64,000 nt of DNA from an uncultured virus (IMG/VR IMGVR_UViG_3300030060_005500) (IMGVR_UViG_3300030060_005500); one strand, 5' to 3'; positions 19,172-29,756 are shown, numbered from the stretch's first letter. Notes: generated from the sequence alone by a model not told the origin. A program made the numbers and translations.

Positions 19172-21169
19172 GTGGCAAATCGTAGAATTAGTGAGTTACA
19201 GGAGCAAGCAGGTCTTCAATTAGCAGAAGATGATCTATTGACGGTTGTAAATGTATCTGAACCTGATCCGGGATTAAAGAATAAAAAGTTAACAATATCT
19301 GGCACAAAAGCGTACTTAAATGTTCATTATTTACCTAGAACAGGTGGTACTATCAGTGGAAGTACGGTAATTCAAAATAATTTAACGGTATCTGGCACAA
19401 CAAATATTGCAGGACTAACAGTAACCGATCTATTAACCGTTAGTGGTTTAGTTATACAGAATGATGCTACTGTCTCTGGAACTATCAGTGGTACCAACAT
19501 AACTGGTGGATCTATCGAAGGTTCTACTATAAAAGCTGTAACCTTTACGGGAACTACAATCAACGCTGAGAGTGGAAAATTCAGCACTGTTGTAAGTGGG
19601 GTCACAGTAACTGGTACTAATGCTTTATTTACTAATGCAACCGCAACTAATATCACTGGTACTACCGTCACTGGCACGACTGCAAACTTTACTACAGTTA
19701 ACGCCGTAGATCTTAACGTTACTGATGATTTAGTTATAACTGACGATCTGGCCGTAGGTGGTGATTTAACAGTCACCGGTAATACCAGCATCTTAGGTAA
19801 TACAGATATCGGTGATGCTACCAGTGATACTGTTACTTTCACAGCTCGTGTTGATGCTGATTTAGACCCAGCTGCAAATGATCAGCATGATTTTGGAGAT
19901 CCTTCTTTACGTTGGAAGGGAATACACGGCGTAACTGTCACTGCCACAACGGGAACTATAACTAATGTCACAGCAACGAATATTACAGGTACTACCGTCA
20001 CTGGTACTTCTGCTCTGTTTACTAATGCAACCGCAATCAATATTACAGGTACTACTGTTACTGGTACTTCTGCTCTATTTACAAATACCACAGCGACGAA
20101 TATAACAGGTACCACCATCACTGGTGCCACTGGTTTATTTACAAACATCACAGCTCAGGATTTTACGGTAGAAGATGATTTTGATGTAGCAGATGATGTA
20201 ACTATTGGTGGAGATGCGACTGTAACAGGAACTATTGAGGGTAAAGGAACTATATCAGGAGCAATAATAACAGGTGGAACCAAGATATTATCGCCTTTGA
20301 TAACAGGTGCAACTGTTGTTGGTACTACTACAGTTTCAGGTGTAACAGTCACTGGTACTCATGCCTTATTTACTAATGCAACAGCTACTAATATCACAGG
20401 TACCACAGTCACGGGAACCACGGCTAATTTCACTACAGTTAATGCAGTTGATTTGAATGTTTCTGACGATTTAGATGTAACAGATGACACTACTATCGGA
20501 GGAGATTTAACAGTAACTGGTAATGCTTCGGTATTAGGTAATGTAGATATAGGTAATGCAGATAGTGATACAGTCACCTTTACTGCCGTTGTGGATTCAG
20601 CGATTCTTCCTGACGCAACCGCTAATGATCGTGATTTAGGTAGCACTGCTAAAACTTGGAGAGCACTTTATGCGACTACCGTAGTAGCCACTACAGGCAC
20701 TATTACTAACGTCACAGCTACAAATATCACCGGAACCACAGTCACTGGTACTAATGCTTTATTTACTAATGCAACTGCGGCCAATATAACGGGTACTACG
20801 GTAACAGGTACGAGTGCTTTATTCACTAATGCGACAGCTACTAACATCACTGGAACCACAGTTACTGGTACTACTGCGAACTTCACCACTATTAATGCTG
20901 TCGATCTTAATGTAACTGATGATATAGGTATAACCGATGATCTAACTGTTGGTGGAGATTTAACAGTTACAGGAACCATTGAGGGTAAAGGAGCGACTAT
21001 ATCTGGTGTAACAGTCACTGGTACTCATGCTTTATTTACTAATGCAACAGCTACAAACATTACAGGCACCACAATTACAGGTGGAACTATCAAAATGAGT
21101 GGAGATACAGTAGCTACTCAGACCTTTGCTGAGGACAGTGCAATTGTATTTGCAATTGCTCTAGGTTAA
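19172..21169 (+). CDS. Thr/Gly-rich repetitive tail fibre/spike protein
   Basis: RRISEL N-terminal anchor, many TNATATNITGTTVTGT repeats, C-terminal AIVFAIALG. Confidence 0.75.
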   Translation: MANRRISELQEQAGLQLAEDDLLTVVNVSEPDPGLKNKKLTISGTKAYLNVHYLPRTGGTISGSTVIQNNLTVSGTTNIAGLTVTDLLTVSGLVIQNDATVSGTISGTNITGGSIEGSTIKAVTFTGTTINAESGKFSTVVSGVTVTGTNALFTNATATNITGTTVTGTTANFTTVNAVDLNVTDDLVITDDLAVGGDLTVTGNTSILGNTDIGDATSDTVTFTARVDADLDPAANDQHDFGDPSLRWKGIHGVTVTATTGTITNVTATNITGTTVTGTSALFTNATAINITGTTVTGTSALFTNTTATNITGTTITGATGLFTNITAQDFTVEDDFDVADDVTIGGDATVTGTIEGKGTISGAIITGGTKILSPLITGATVVGTTTVSGVTVTGTHALFTNATATNITGTTVTGTTANFTTVNAVDLNVSDDLDVTDDTTIGGDLTVTGNASVLGNVDIGNADSDTVTFTAVVDSAILPDATANDRDLGSTAKTWRALYATTVVATTGTITNVTATNITGTTVTGTNALFTNATAANITGTTVTGTSALFTNATATNITGTTVTGTTANFTTINAVDLNVTDDIGITDDLTVGGDLTVTGTIEGKGATISGVTVTGTHALFTNATATNITGTTITGGTIKMSGDTVATQTFAEDSAIVFAIALG

Positions 21170-21213
21170 CCCCTCATAAAATAGAAGAAATATCGATTAG
21201 GTTTTATAGATAA

Positions 21214-21594
21214 ATGGCTCGTTTCGTCTCAGTCTGTCGGGCAGATGTTACTAATAATTCCACGGTTGCCTCACAACAAGCGGTAATTACAGGTTCGACA
21301 AATTCGAGTGGAGTACCCGCATCTACTTATGGAGTCATATTAAGTATCCTAGCTTCCAATAAAAACGTTAACTCACAAAATGTGACCGTTACTTTATTTA
21401 AAGGAGGAGTTGGAGGTACAGCTGCCCGTTTAATCACCTCTGGAGAGATACCATCTAAGTCTGCTTTAGAGTTTATGACCGGAAATAAATTGATAGTTGA
21501 GCCTAATGATGTCATCAAGGCTTATGCCAGTGCAGCGAGCTCGATAGATATCACTGTTTCATATATGTTAAATCCTCAAGATACCAGTATCTAA
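21214..21594 (+). CDS. Putative tail-fibre adaptor/structural protein
   Basis: 126 aa beta-rich between fibre genes. Confidence 0.55.
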   Translation: MARFVSVCRADVTNNSTVASQQAVITGSTNSSGVPASTYGVILSILASNKNVNSQNVTVTLFKGGVGGTAARLITSGEIPSKSALEFMTGNKLIVEPNDVIKAYASAASSIDITVSYMLNPQDTSI

Positions 21595-21596
21595 CC

Positions 21597-23393
21597 ATGC
21601 CTTATATCGGAAATATAGTACAAGACTTTAGTGTTAACAACGCTATGCTCAATAGTGACAGTGTCACGAGTATAAAGATAGTTGATGGAACCATTGAAGG
21701 TGCTGATATAGCTGCGAATTTAGATCTAAGTGATAGTCAGAAGATAAGGTTTGGAGCAGGTAATGACCTACAAATTTATCACGATGGAACAGAAAGTGTT
21801 ATTCATGATGCAGGTACTGGTCTTCTAAGACTTCGCACAGACTCATTTAGATTAAGAAATGCTGCTAATACTGAACATATTATTAAAGCAGTCGAAGATG
21901 GAGCAGTTGAATTATATTTTAATACTGTAAAGAAGTTTGAGACAACAAGTGGTGGTGCTGCTGTAACAGGTGAGTTAGATGTATCAGATACGATTGATAT
22001 GAACACTGATACTGGCAGATTAAAAATTGGTGCTGGAGATGACCTACAAATTTATCATGATGGAAGTCACTCATATATTGATAACAATACAGGTAGTTTA
22101 AGATTTAGAGATGCAGGTGGAGCAGAAAAATTTAGAATTAGTGGAAGTGGGACACAATTTAATGATGATATAACTTTATCAAATGATAATGACAAGATAA
22201 ATATTGGAGCAAGTGCAGACCTAAAAATTTATCATGATTCAAATAATTCGCTGATAAATGCCGATGGAACGGGTAACTTAATAATACAAGGAGCTAATGA
22301 TATTATTCTTCGACCCGCAGACGGAGAAGTTGGCATTGATATAAATGCAAACGGAGCAGTAGAGCTATACCACGATAACAGTAAAAAGTTTGAGACAAAA
22401 TCTACAGGTGTAATTGTAAGCAATCAAGGTAACAATAGGATTTTAGATGTTCACCATACAAATGGAGATAGGGCTTATATAGCTTTTTTAGATCAAAATA
22501 CAACAGATAACTCATATGTCAGAATTGGTGCTTTAGCTGATGAAATGGTAATTTTTTCTGGCGGTAGCGAAGTATTAAGACTTACCTCAAATGGAAAAGT
22601 GGGAATTGGGACTACAAGTCCATCCGGAAAACTTGATGTTACAGATGGCACGACAAGCATTTCTTTTAACAAAACAAATAATACACCTCGTATTGATTTC
22701 AAAGGTAATAATGTTTCAGAGCTATGCCAAATAAAAGCAGCAGAATCTAGTGGTGGTGGAGTCTTACAACTTTTTACTAAAACTACTGGTGGCACTGCTA
22801 CAGAACGTATGCGTTTAGATGTAAATGGTCATGTTCTTTTTACAAGCGGTTCATCACAAAGGGTTGCTTTTGGTGCTACTGATAATACTAAATATGCAGG
22901 GTTTGGAAGGCATGATGGAGCAGCACAAGATGTAGGTCTAAACTTTTTTACAACAACAAATGCTGGTACAACTTTTGTCAATCATTTTAGGATTGACCAT
23001 AATGGTGATTTGTTAGGAACAGATACAAATGGTGTTAGCTCTATTTCTGACAGCAGAGTAAAAACAGATATTACTGACTACACTTATGATTTAGCAAAAT
23101 TTAAACAATTTGCACCAAAACAATTTAATTGGAAAAATCCAGAATATCATGGAGAAAAAACCAATGTAAAAGGGTTTTTAGCACAAGATTTAGAAGCTAT
23201 TGACACACAATGGGTTGGTTCGAGTTTTATAGAAAAAGATCACCCTGATTATGATTTGGTGGATAAAAGTAAAAATAGTCAAGATGAAGATGTTGGTGTT
23301 GCAAAAACATCAAAATTTGGAGGTAAAGATGCTATGTACATATCTGTAATAAATCAGCTTATTGCTAGAGTAGAAGCATTAGAGGCTGGTTAA
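21597..23393 (+). CDS. Tail fibre with C-terminal intramolecular chaperone (peptidase S74)
   Basis: MPYIG start, repeated DLQIYHDG/GAVELY/KKFET modules, SDSRVKTDI, GFLAQD, coiled-coil end. Confidence 0.85.
   Translation: MPYIGNIVQDFSVNNAMLNSDSVTSIKIVDGTIEGADIAANLDLSDSQKIRFGAGNDLQIYHDGTESVIHDAGTGLLRLRTDSFRLRNAANTEHIIKAVEDGAVELYFNTVKKFETTSGGAAVTGELDVSDTIDMNTDTGRLKIGAGDDLQIYHDGSHSYIDNNTGSLRFRDAGGAEKFRISGSGTQFNDDITLSNDNDKINIGASADLKIYHDSNNSLINADGTGNLIIQGANDIILRPADGEVGIDINANGAVELYHDNSKKFETKSTGVIVSNQGNNRILDVHHTNGDRAYIAFLDQNTTDNSYVRIGALADEMVIFSGGSEVLRLTSNGKVGIGTTSPSGKLDVTDGTTSISFNKTNNTPRIDFKGNNVSELCQIKAAESSGGGVLQLFTKTTGGTATERMRLDVNGHVLFTSGSSQRVAFGATDNTKYAGFGRHDGAAQDVGLNFFTTTNAGTTFVNHFRIDHNGDLLGTDTNGVSSISDSRVKTDITDYTYDLAKFKQFAPKQFNWKNPEYHGEKTNVKGFLAQDLEAIDTQWVGSSFIEKDHPDYDLVDKSKNSQDEDVGVAKTSKFGGKDAMYISVINQLIARVEALEAG
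22346..22414 (+). repeat. 69-bp sequence repeated in inverted orientation at 46407-46475
   Basis: 4 mismatches; 38-bp perfect core AACAGTAAAAAGTTTGAGACAAAATCTACAGGTGTAAT. Confidence 0.9.
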
Positions 23394-23396
23394 CCG

Positions 23397-23594
23397 ATGT
23401 CCATAGTCATTCTTATATACCTCATTTGTTTTGCAGCTACATTAGGAGCAGCTTTTGCTTTTATGTGGCGATCTATGGATGAAGTATTCAAAAGAGATTC
23501 AAAACCTACTTATACAAGCCATCCAGAACTAAAAGACATGAAGAAAGGAGAAAAGTTATTAGTATTTAGAGCAGAAGAAAAAGACGAAGTTTAG
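23397..23594 (+). CDS. DUF2973-like small membrane protein
   Basis: TM helix then AFMWRSM...HPELKD....EKLLVF. Confidence 0.55.
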   Translation: MSIVILIYLICFAATLGAAFAFMWRSMDEVFKRDSKPTYTSHPELKDMKKGEKLLVFRAEEKDEV

Positions 23595-23634
23595 ATGAAA
23601 TAAAATATTAATAAATATCTAATTGTATTGAATA

Positions 23635-23973
23635 ATGGCTGTTATAAAAACTTGGAATGTTATTGCTTTAGACAGTGCTCCCACAGAGGGTAGCTTAAAG
23701 GATGTAGTGAAAACTATACATTGGACCGCTACAGGAACAGAAACAGTTGGATCTGATACTTACACCGGTTCTTCCTATGGTTCGGTAGGTTTAGAAGCTC
23801 CAGATGCCAGTGATTTCACCGATTTTGCTTCGATAACTAAAGATAACGCAGTAGCTTGGGCAAAGGCTGCGATAGGCACTGACGAAGTAACTTCCATAGA
23901 ATCTGGTCTTGAATCTCAGATAACCGAACAAAAGACACCATCTATAGAAACTAAAACTCTTCCTTGGTCTTAA
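23635..23973 (+). CDS. Tail-fibre-associated small protein (paralogue of 44643-44978)
   Basis: TW.V...VKTIHW...WAKAAIGTDEV..IE...LPW. Confidence 0.7.
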   Translation: MAVIKTWNVIALDSAPTEGSLKDVVKTIHWTATGTETVGSDTYTGSSYGSVGLEAPDASDFTDFASITKDNAVAWAKAAIGTDEVTSIESGLESQITEQKTPSIETKTLPWS

Positions 23974-24014
23974 TTTATAGACTATAATTCTTATAGGTAA
24001 TTATCTAAGTATTA

Positions 24015-24194
24015 ATGGCTAAACCAACTAACGAAGAACTACAGAAGGAATTAGAAGATGTTATTAATAAGCATAATCAAGCGGTTGAGCTTATTAGCCA
24101 GTGCAAACTCAGGGCAACAGAGATAACAGCTATCTTAAAAGATAGAGCAGCTGACGAAGAGCCAGCAGAAGAGGTCACACCTGAAGCTGTCTAA
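24015..24194 (+). CDS. Small coiled-coil protein (59 aa; missed by ORF track)
   Basis: MAKPTNEELQKELEDVINKHNQ...; TATAAT 26 nt upstream. Confidence 0.65.
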   Translation: MAKPTNEELQKELEDVINKHNQAVELISQCKLRATEITAILKDRAADEEPAEEVTPEAV

Positions 24195-24255
24195 TTTCTT
24201 TCTGAAAAGTTACTAGATTTAAAATAGGAGATAAGTAAATAATTAGGATAGTAAC

Positions 24256-26817
24256 TTGTCTTATATAGGTCAGCGTCCAGTAGTAGGAAGATACATTAAA
24301 CTCGATCAGATATCAAGCGGGTTTAACGGGTCGAATACCGGTTTTAGTATGACAGCCGGTAGTCAGGCTGTATTTCCGGGAACGGCTAGGAATTTACTAC
24401 TTTCTTTAGGTGGTGTAATACAGGAACCAGACACAGACTTCACAATATCAGGATCGACATTAACATTTACCACTCCTCCTGTAGCTAATACAACGTTCTT
24501 TGGAGTTATATACGGTGACATGCAAGCCACCGGTACACCCAGTGATGGAACTGTATTACCTGCATCTATAGCAAGTAGTGGCAATTTTAGTTTTCCTGAA
24601 GTAACGGTAACAGGTGATGTAAATATAGCAGACAGTATTATTCATTCGGGAGATAGTGATACAAAGATAAGATTCCCTTCTAACGATGCTTTTCGAGTCC
24701 AAATTGGTGGAGCACAAAGGTTAGATTTTGATGGTAGCACCACGGTTTTTAATGATGATGCAGGTAATGTAGATTTTAGGATTGAGGGTGATAATGATGC
24801 AAGCTTATTCTTTGCTGATGCTAGTACTGATCGGATTGGCATAGGTACAACAAGTCCATCATCTAAATTACACATTGATGGTGGTAACGTAACTAATTCA
24901 TTTGAAATAGATGGAACTGGTGGTCACGAATTATATTCATACCACGATAGCGATGGTGTTGGTTGGGCTACTGGACCTGGTGGTAGTTATGGTGAATTAC
25001 TATATTTAGACGAAAGTGGTAGTACGGTTCGACTTTATTCAGGTGGTACAGAAAGATTTCGTGTTAGTGGTAGTGAAGTTGTTGTTAATGAACCTGGGGC
25101 AAGTGTAGATTTTAGAGTTGAAGGTGATACAGATGCAAATTTATTATTCGTTGATGCAAGTACAGATCGAGTTGGTATAGGTACATCAAGTCCTATTAAC
25201 AGTTTACATGTTGTTGATGCGGGCACTGGCGGTGATGGTACTTTAAGTATTGGAGGAAGTGGTACTAACGCAACTGGTCAATTATTTTATGAAATAAGTG
25301 GAGCTACATATTTAAGAATAAAAAATTCATATCGTGCTACAAATTCAAATGCTTATATAGAATATGATGCAGGTCATCACAGATTTACTACAGGCACTTC
25401 TGGCAATGAAGCTATGCGTATACAGTCTGGAAATGTAGGTATAGGTACAACAAGTCCAGCAAGACTTCTACATCTAAACGGATCTGATAGTGATACAGTA
25501 CAACTTCATATAACAAATTCCACAACTGGTTCAACTGGTAGTGATGGTGTATCTTTTGCTTTAGGAAGTGATGAAAGTTTAATTATAAACCAAAGAGAGA
25601 GTAATCATATTGCTTTAAAAACTGCTGATACAGAACGTATGCGTATAACTTCGGATGGAAATGTACTTATAGGAACTACTACCGCAGGTGAAGGAACAGC
25701 AGATGACTTAACTATTGCAAATTCTAGTCATGCTGGAATTACAATTCGTTCTGGAACTTCATCAGAGTCTAATATTTTCTTTGCTGATGGTACTTCTGGA
25801 AATGCACAATTTCGTGGAATGGTTCGATATTTTCATAGTAGTGATGCACTAGCTTTCAATACTTCTGCTACAGAACGTATGCGTATAGATTCACATGGTA
25901 GATTTTTACTTAGAAATACAGTAGTCAGAAGTGTTGGCGGTCATAATGCCTTGTTTCATCAAGAAGGAGCAGATTTTCATGATGCAACACATACGATAGT
26001 AGCTAATTCTGGAGATACTAATGGTGCATATTTAATATTAGGTAAACAAAGATCAGGTGGTATTGGAGGTGGAAGTGCAGTACAAAATGGTGATGAAGTA
26101 GGGGTAATTAGATTTGCAGCACATGATGGTAATGACTTTGCACATAGAGTTGCAGAAATAAAAGCAATGGTTGATGGCACTGCTGGAACTGATGATCTTC
26201 CCGGAAGATTATCATTTTTCACAGTTCCCGATGGCAGTATTACTTCTACAGAACGGTTACGGATTCATAGCACTGGGGTGGTTCAAGTCATGTCTGAGAA
26301 ATTAACGCTCGGAACTTCTGCTACTACTGGTGGAGCAAGTGAAGGGAATCTTACTATTGCATTTTCTAGTGCTACTCAAAATGGAATAAAGTTGAGAGAC
26401 ACACATAATGCTGGTTCAACTAATTACGTTGTGTTAATAGCAGGTTCAACTATTGTTGGAAGTATTACTGGAACTACAGGACAGGCATCTTTTAACAATC
26501 TTTCTGATTATAGAACTAAAGAAAATGATGTAAAAATAACTGATGGTATAGAAAAAATAAAACTTTTAAGGCCAATTAGATTTAATTTTAAACATGATTC
26601 AAAAACTCTTTGTGATGGTTTCTTTGCACATGAAGTCACACCAGCAGTACCAACAGCAGTAACAGGAGAGAAAGATGCAGTAGATTCTGAAGGTAAAATT
26701 GATCCTCAAATGCTTGATAGTTCAAAACTTATACCTTTACTTGTGGCTGCATTAAAGGAAGAGATAAGTAAGAGAGAATCATTAGAGGCTAGAGTTGCAG
26801 CATTAGAAGCTGCTTAG
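24256..26817 (+). CDS. Tail fibre with C-terminal peptidase S74 chaperone
   Basis: GNVGIGTTSP/TERMRI repeats, SDYRTKEND, GFFAHEV. Confidence 0.85.
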   Translation: MSYIGQRPVVGRYIKLDQISSGFNGSNTGFSMTAGSQAVFPGTARNLLLSLGGVIQEPDTDFTISGSTLTFTTPPVANTTFFGVIYGDMQATGTPSDGTVLPASIASSGNFSFPEVTVTGDVNIADSIIHSGDSDTKIRFPSNDAFRVQIGGAQRLDFDGSTTVFNDDAGNVDFRIEGDNDASLFFADASTDRIGIGTTSPSSKLHIDGGNVTNSFEIDGTGGHELYSYHDSDGVGWATGPGGSYGELLYLDESGSTVRLYSGGTERFRVSGSEVVVNEPGASVDFRVEGDTDANLLFVDASTDRVGIGTSSPINSLHVVDAGTGGDGTLSIGGSGTNATGQLFYEISGATYLRIKNSYRATNSNAYIEYDAGHHRFTTGTSGNEAMRIQSGNVGIGTTSPARLLHLNGSDSDTVQLHITNSTTGSTGSDGVSFALGSDESLIINQRESNHIALKTADTERMRITSDGNVLIGTTTAGEGTADDLTIANSSHAGITIRSGTSSESNIFFADGTSGNAQFRGMVRYFHSSDALAFNTSATERMRIDSHGRFLLRNTVVRSVGGHNALFHQEGADFHDATHTIVANSGDTNGAYLILGKQRSGGIGGGSAVQNGDEVGVIRFAAHDGNDFAHRVAEIKAMVDGTAGTDDLPGRLSFFTVPDGSITSTERLRIHSTGVVQVMSEKLTLGTSATTGGASEGNLTIAFSSATQNGIKLRDTHNAGSTNYVVLIAGSTIVGSITGTTGQASFNNLSDYRTKENDVKITDGIEKIKLLRPIRFNFKHDSKTLCDGFFAHEVTPAVPTAVTGEKDAVDSEGKIDPQMLDSSKLIPLLVAALKEEISKRESLEARVAALEAA

Positions 26818-26846
26818 TAAAATTTAAATAACAATATTATTTCATC

Positions 26847-27083
26847 ATGTCTTGTAAAAATTCTATCTTCCAAAAAGTTCTAACAGGATTAATTATTTTT
26901 AATACCGTTGGTTTAGTAGGTATCATTGGCGGAGGTTTCTATACCTATAAATATATAACCAGTGGTAACTTCGAGAAACTAATAAAAAGTAAAGTAATGG
27001 GAGATATACAAAGTGCTCTTCCAGATGCTATCGAAAATAAGCTACCTTCCATTACTGGAAAATCTATACCTTTTAATAAATGA
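26847..27083 (+). CDS. Small membrane protein
   Basis: One TM helix; cyanophage-type. Confidence 0.6.
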   Translation: MSCKNSIFQKVLTGLIIFNTVGLVGIIGGGFYTYKYITSGNFEKLIKSKVMGDIQSALPDAIENKLPSITGKSIPFNK

Positions 27084-27775
27084 GTATCTCCGATATATCC
27101 ATACCAGATATATCGATACCTAATGTCTCAGTTGAAATAATTCCTCCTGTCAGAGTATTTGGCGGCTTTGTATCTAACCCAGCTTTTACTGAACCTTCTC
27201 TATTACTTCCTGGCTGTTATAAGACACATCGTGATGCAGATAAAAACTCCAATCTTGTAAACGTAGATACCATGGGGACTTTCTGGTCATGTCCGTGGGG
27301 TGAGGTACCAGAAATATATCCACTTCAATATGATCGTTCTAAAATCATCTATTCAAATGACGAGATAAAGGAGAAGAAAACAGAAGAACCGATAATACTT
27401 AAAGAGACAGTAAAGACAGATATACCAGAAAAGAAAGAGGAGAAAACATTCTTTCCTCCCTGCCCAGATCCTAATTCAAAACTGAGGGTTGGCTCATTTG
27501 CTAATGAGAAACGCTTAGAACGAGTTAAGGAGTTTCGCTATAACGAGTCAAAAACCGAGTGTCTAACTATATGGGAAGATGTAGACTACGTTTCTTCTTG
27601 GATGCCGGAACCATCCCTTGTTATAAACACAGTTCTTATAGCCTCTATAGCGGCGACCTCACCTGCGATAGTAAATGTAATAAAAGGATTGACGAAAAAT
27701 ATCGTGAAGAAGATTACTTCTTCTCGGAAGAAAGGGAATGATAATGAGACTCAATCTGATTCGGACGAGGAGTAA
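27080..27775 (+). CDS. Hypothetical membrane-anchored protein
   Basis: 231 aa with Cys pairs and C-terminal TM. Confidence 0.6.
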   Translation: MSISDISIPDISIPNVSVEIIPPVRVFGGFVSNPAFTEPSLLLPGCYKTHRDADKNSNLVNVDTMGTFWSCPWGEVPEIYPLQYDRSKIIYSNDEIKEKKTEEPIILKETVKTDIPEKKEEKTFFPPCPDPNSKLRVGSFANEKRLERVKEFRYNESKTECLTIWEDVDYVSSWMPEPSLVINTVLIASIAATSPAIVNVIKGLTKNIVKKITSSRKKGNDNETQSDSDEE

Positions 27776-28532
27776 GAAAAATATCCTTACAAACATCGAA
27801 AAATGGAGAATTTTTTCGTACATTTATTCCCTTCTGCATTAATTCACCGCAGTGTTTAACCCTAGCTACATGCCACTCTAACTCTAAATTTTTTAGTTTT
27901 TGTTTTTGTATATTGATCTGCGTCTGGGCTGCAGCCTTACATTGCCTACCCAGTTCCCGATCTAAAGGTATAGAAAAGTTTAAAGTAATTCCTGTTCCAA
28001 GTGCATAACTATCCTTATTAGTACCAGAGTAATTTTGCTGATAATACAAAATGTTTCCGGGATTGTCAGGTGTACCATCTCCTATGGGATTTCCATCATC
28101 ATCAAAATCACCTTCTATATCTGTCGAATCATATACTGGTGTTTCATATCTGTGATCAAATGGTTTCTGAAAGTTTGTATTGAATGTTGAGAAGGGAGTA
28201 ATATTCATTTGAGCTCCCTGACAGACTATATTTCCTCCATATTGATTGGTGTGAAAACTCCCATTATTGACATTATAATTTTGATTCGTAACACTTCCAG
28301 TATTTGATTGACTTACTGCATTAGCTAATACCGAGGTAGGAGAAAGCAGTAGTACTAAAGCTATTTTTGAAAAATTGATTGCGTGACTGTTGTGCTTTCC
28401 ACGGTGATTTGACGATTTATAGTTGTTACGTTTGAGAGCCCTGGTCCGGAGTAATTTTCTGTCAGTTGAAAGGCCGCTCCGTTTTCTGTCTGTACGAAGG
28501 TCGGCTTTGTACTGAAATCTAAACCAGTCCAT
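27714..28532 (-). CDS. Secreted hypothetical protein (start uncertain)
   Basis: Signal-peptide-like IALVLLLSPTSVLA, NQYGGNIVCQG, FSIPLD; only in-frame ATG lies deep in upstream gene. Confidence 0.6.
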   Translation of the reverse strand: MDWFRFQYKADLRTDRKRSGLSTDRKLLRTRALKRNNYKSSNHRGKHNSHAINFSKIALVLLLSPTSVLANAVSQSNTGSVTNQNYNVNNGSFHTNQYGGNIVCQGAQMNITPFSTFNTNFQKPFDHRYETPVYDSTDIEGDFDDDGNPIGDGTPDNPGNILYYQQNYSGTNKDSYALGTGITLNFSIPLDRELGRQCKAAAQTQINIQKQKLKNLELEWHVARVKHCGELMQKGINVRKNSPFFDVCKDIFLTPRPNQIESHYHSLSSEKK

Positions 28533-28789
28533 GAATAACTAACCCCATCTGTAGTTCCCGTCGTATTTACAGCATCTGGTACCATACTACCGTTATTTTG
28601 TATCTCAATGCCAGTACCAGCAATACTGTAGCTATATCCTGAATTATAGTCCTTCGAGACCACTGATTCAACTATAGTTTGAGTCGTAGTGGTAGTAGAA
28701 TTCATCGTGCCTGTAGTGAAGGCACCAGTGATAGGCTGGGATTTCAGCGAAAAGGGTGTTAATAAAAACAGCAGTAAAAGCCGTTTCAT
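28361..28789 (-). CDS. Secreted Thr/Ser-rich hypothetical protein
   Basis: MKRLLLLFLL signal peptide. Confidence 0.65.
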   Translation of the reverse strand: MKRLLLLFLLTPFSLKSQPITGAFTTGTMNSTTTTTQTIVESVVSKDYNSGYSYSIAGTGIEIQNNGSMVPDAVNTTGTTDGVSYSWTGLDFSTKPTFVQTENGAAFQLTENYSGPGLSNVTTINRQITVESTTVTQSIFQK

Positions 28790-29277
28790 TAATCTATGGT
28801 TAGACCTACTACAAACTGACCAGTTACACTAGTTCCAGCTGATCCCGCTACTATTGTCAAATCATTTTTAGTGTCAATGGTACCTGCAAGATTACCTGCT
28901 GTACCTGCTGATGTACTTGTAAGGTCTCCGAAGGGTGATACTTCTCCAACTGTTAAGCTTGTAGCTACAGTATCACCAGCAGTGTAGCTAGAGCTGAAAC
29001 TGAAGGCGTCACCTGCAGTTAGCTGACTTGCTGTAATCGGCGTATAAGCATTTACGCCATTAGTGGCTGTTCCTAGACCACCTACTACACCTGTCGTAGT
29101 GCCGTCAGTTGTATTCACCCCAGTACCACTTATACTCATAGAATTACCAAGCCGGTCGGCGTTCGTTCCAGCTGCATGAACTTCCAGCTTGACTGAGCTA
29201 GAAATTGAGTGATACGTGTTACTTTGAGCGATTGTAGGACAGAAAAGTAATATTAATAATGATAAATACTTCAACAT
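28789..29277 (-). CDS. Secreted Thr/Gly-rich hypothetical protein
   Basis: Signal peptide; SISSSVKLEV N-terminus. Confidence 0.65.
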   Translation of the reverse strand: MLKYLSLLILLFCPTIAQSNTYHSISSSVKLEVHAAGTNADRLGNSMSISGTGVNTTDGTTTGVVGGLGTATNGVNAYTPITASQLTAGDAFSFSSSYTAGDTVATSLTVGEVSPFGDLTSTSAGTAGNLAGTIDTKNDLTIVAGSAGTSVTGQFVVGLTID

Positions 29278-29295
29278 TTTATGATCAACTTGAGA

Positions 29296-29754
29296 CTATT
29301 TTAAGTCTATCATCGCTCGATCTTTGTAATAGTTGTTTAAAAGCCAAGAGCTGCTGTTTATTTTATACTCTCCTCCAATACCCCATTTAAATATCACTCT
29401 TTTGTCGTTATTATAAGCTTCCAGTTCTGGTGTATTACCTATAATCCTATCTCCTCCATTGGCAAAGATTACTCTGTCAGCGATGGATAGACATTTTTCT
29501 ATTGCACCACAGGCAGTTTTATCTGAATCATCCCAGTTGATCACCATGGAAACCATGTTTAGATGCTTAAGGATGTTGGCTCTTTCATCCCAGTCTTGAA
29601 AAGCCTGTTTCTTTTTATCTATAAGCCATCTATCACTGTTTAATCCGATAACTAAGAAGTCAGATAGTTTTTTTGCTTCTTTAAAATATTCAATATGTCC
29701 ACTATGTATGGGATCAAAACCACCCGTTACAAGCGTAAGTTTTTCTACAAACAT
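29296..29754 (-). CDS. Cytidylyltransferase-family nucleotidyltransferase
   Basis: TGGFDPIHSGH (HxGH), GLNSD, FANGGDR, KINSSS. Confidence 0.9.
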   Translation of the reverse strand: MFVEKLTLVTGGFDPIHSGHIEYFKEAKKLSDFLVIGLNSDRWLIDKKKQAFQDWDERANILKHLNMVSMVINWDDSDKTACGAIEKCLSIADRVIFANGGDRIIGNTPELEAYNNDKRVIFKWGIGGEYKINSSSWLLNNYYKDRAMIDLK

Positions 29755-29756
29755 GA

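Noticed and set aside
19372..21018. Several long - strand ORFs (VVPV repeats) opposite the Thr-rich fibre
   Set aside because: Antisense shadows of repetitive ACN/GGN/GTN codons
19600..21090. Repeats as CRISPR array or diversity-generating retroelement
   Set aside because: In-frame coding repeats with wobble divergence, no unique spacers, no reverse transcriptase or adenine-specific variation seen
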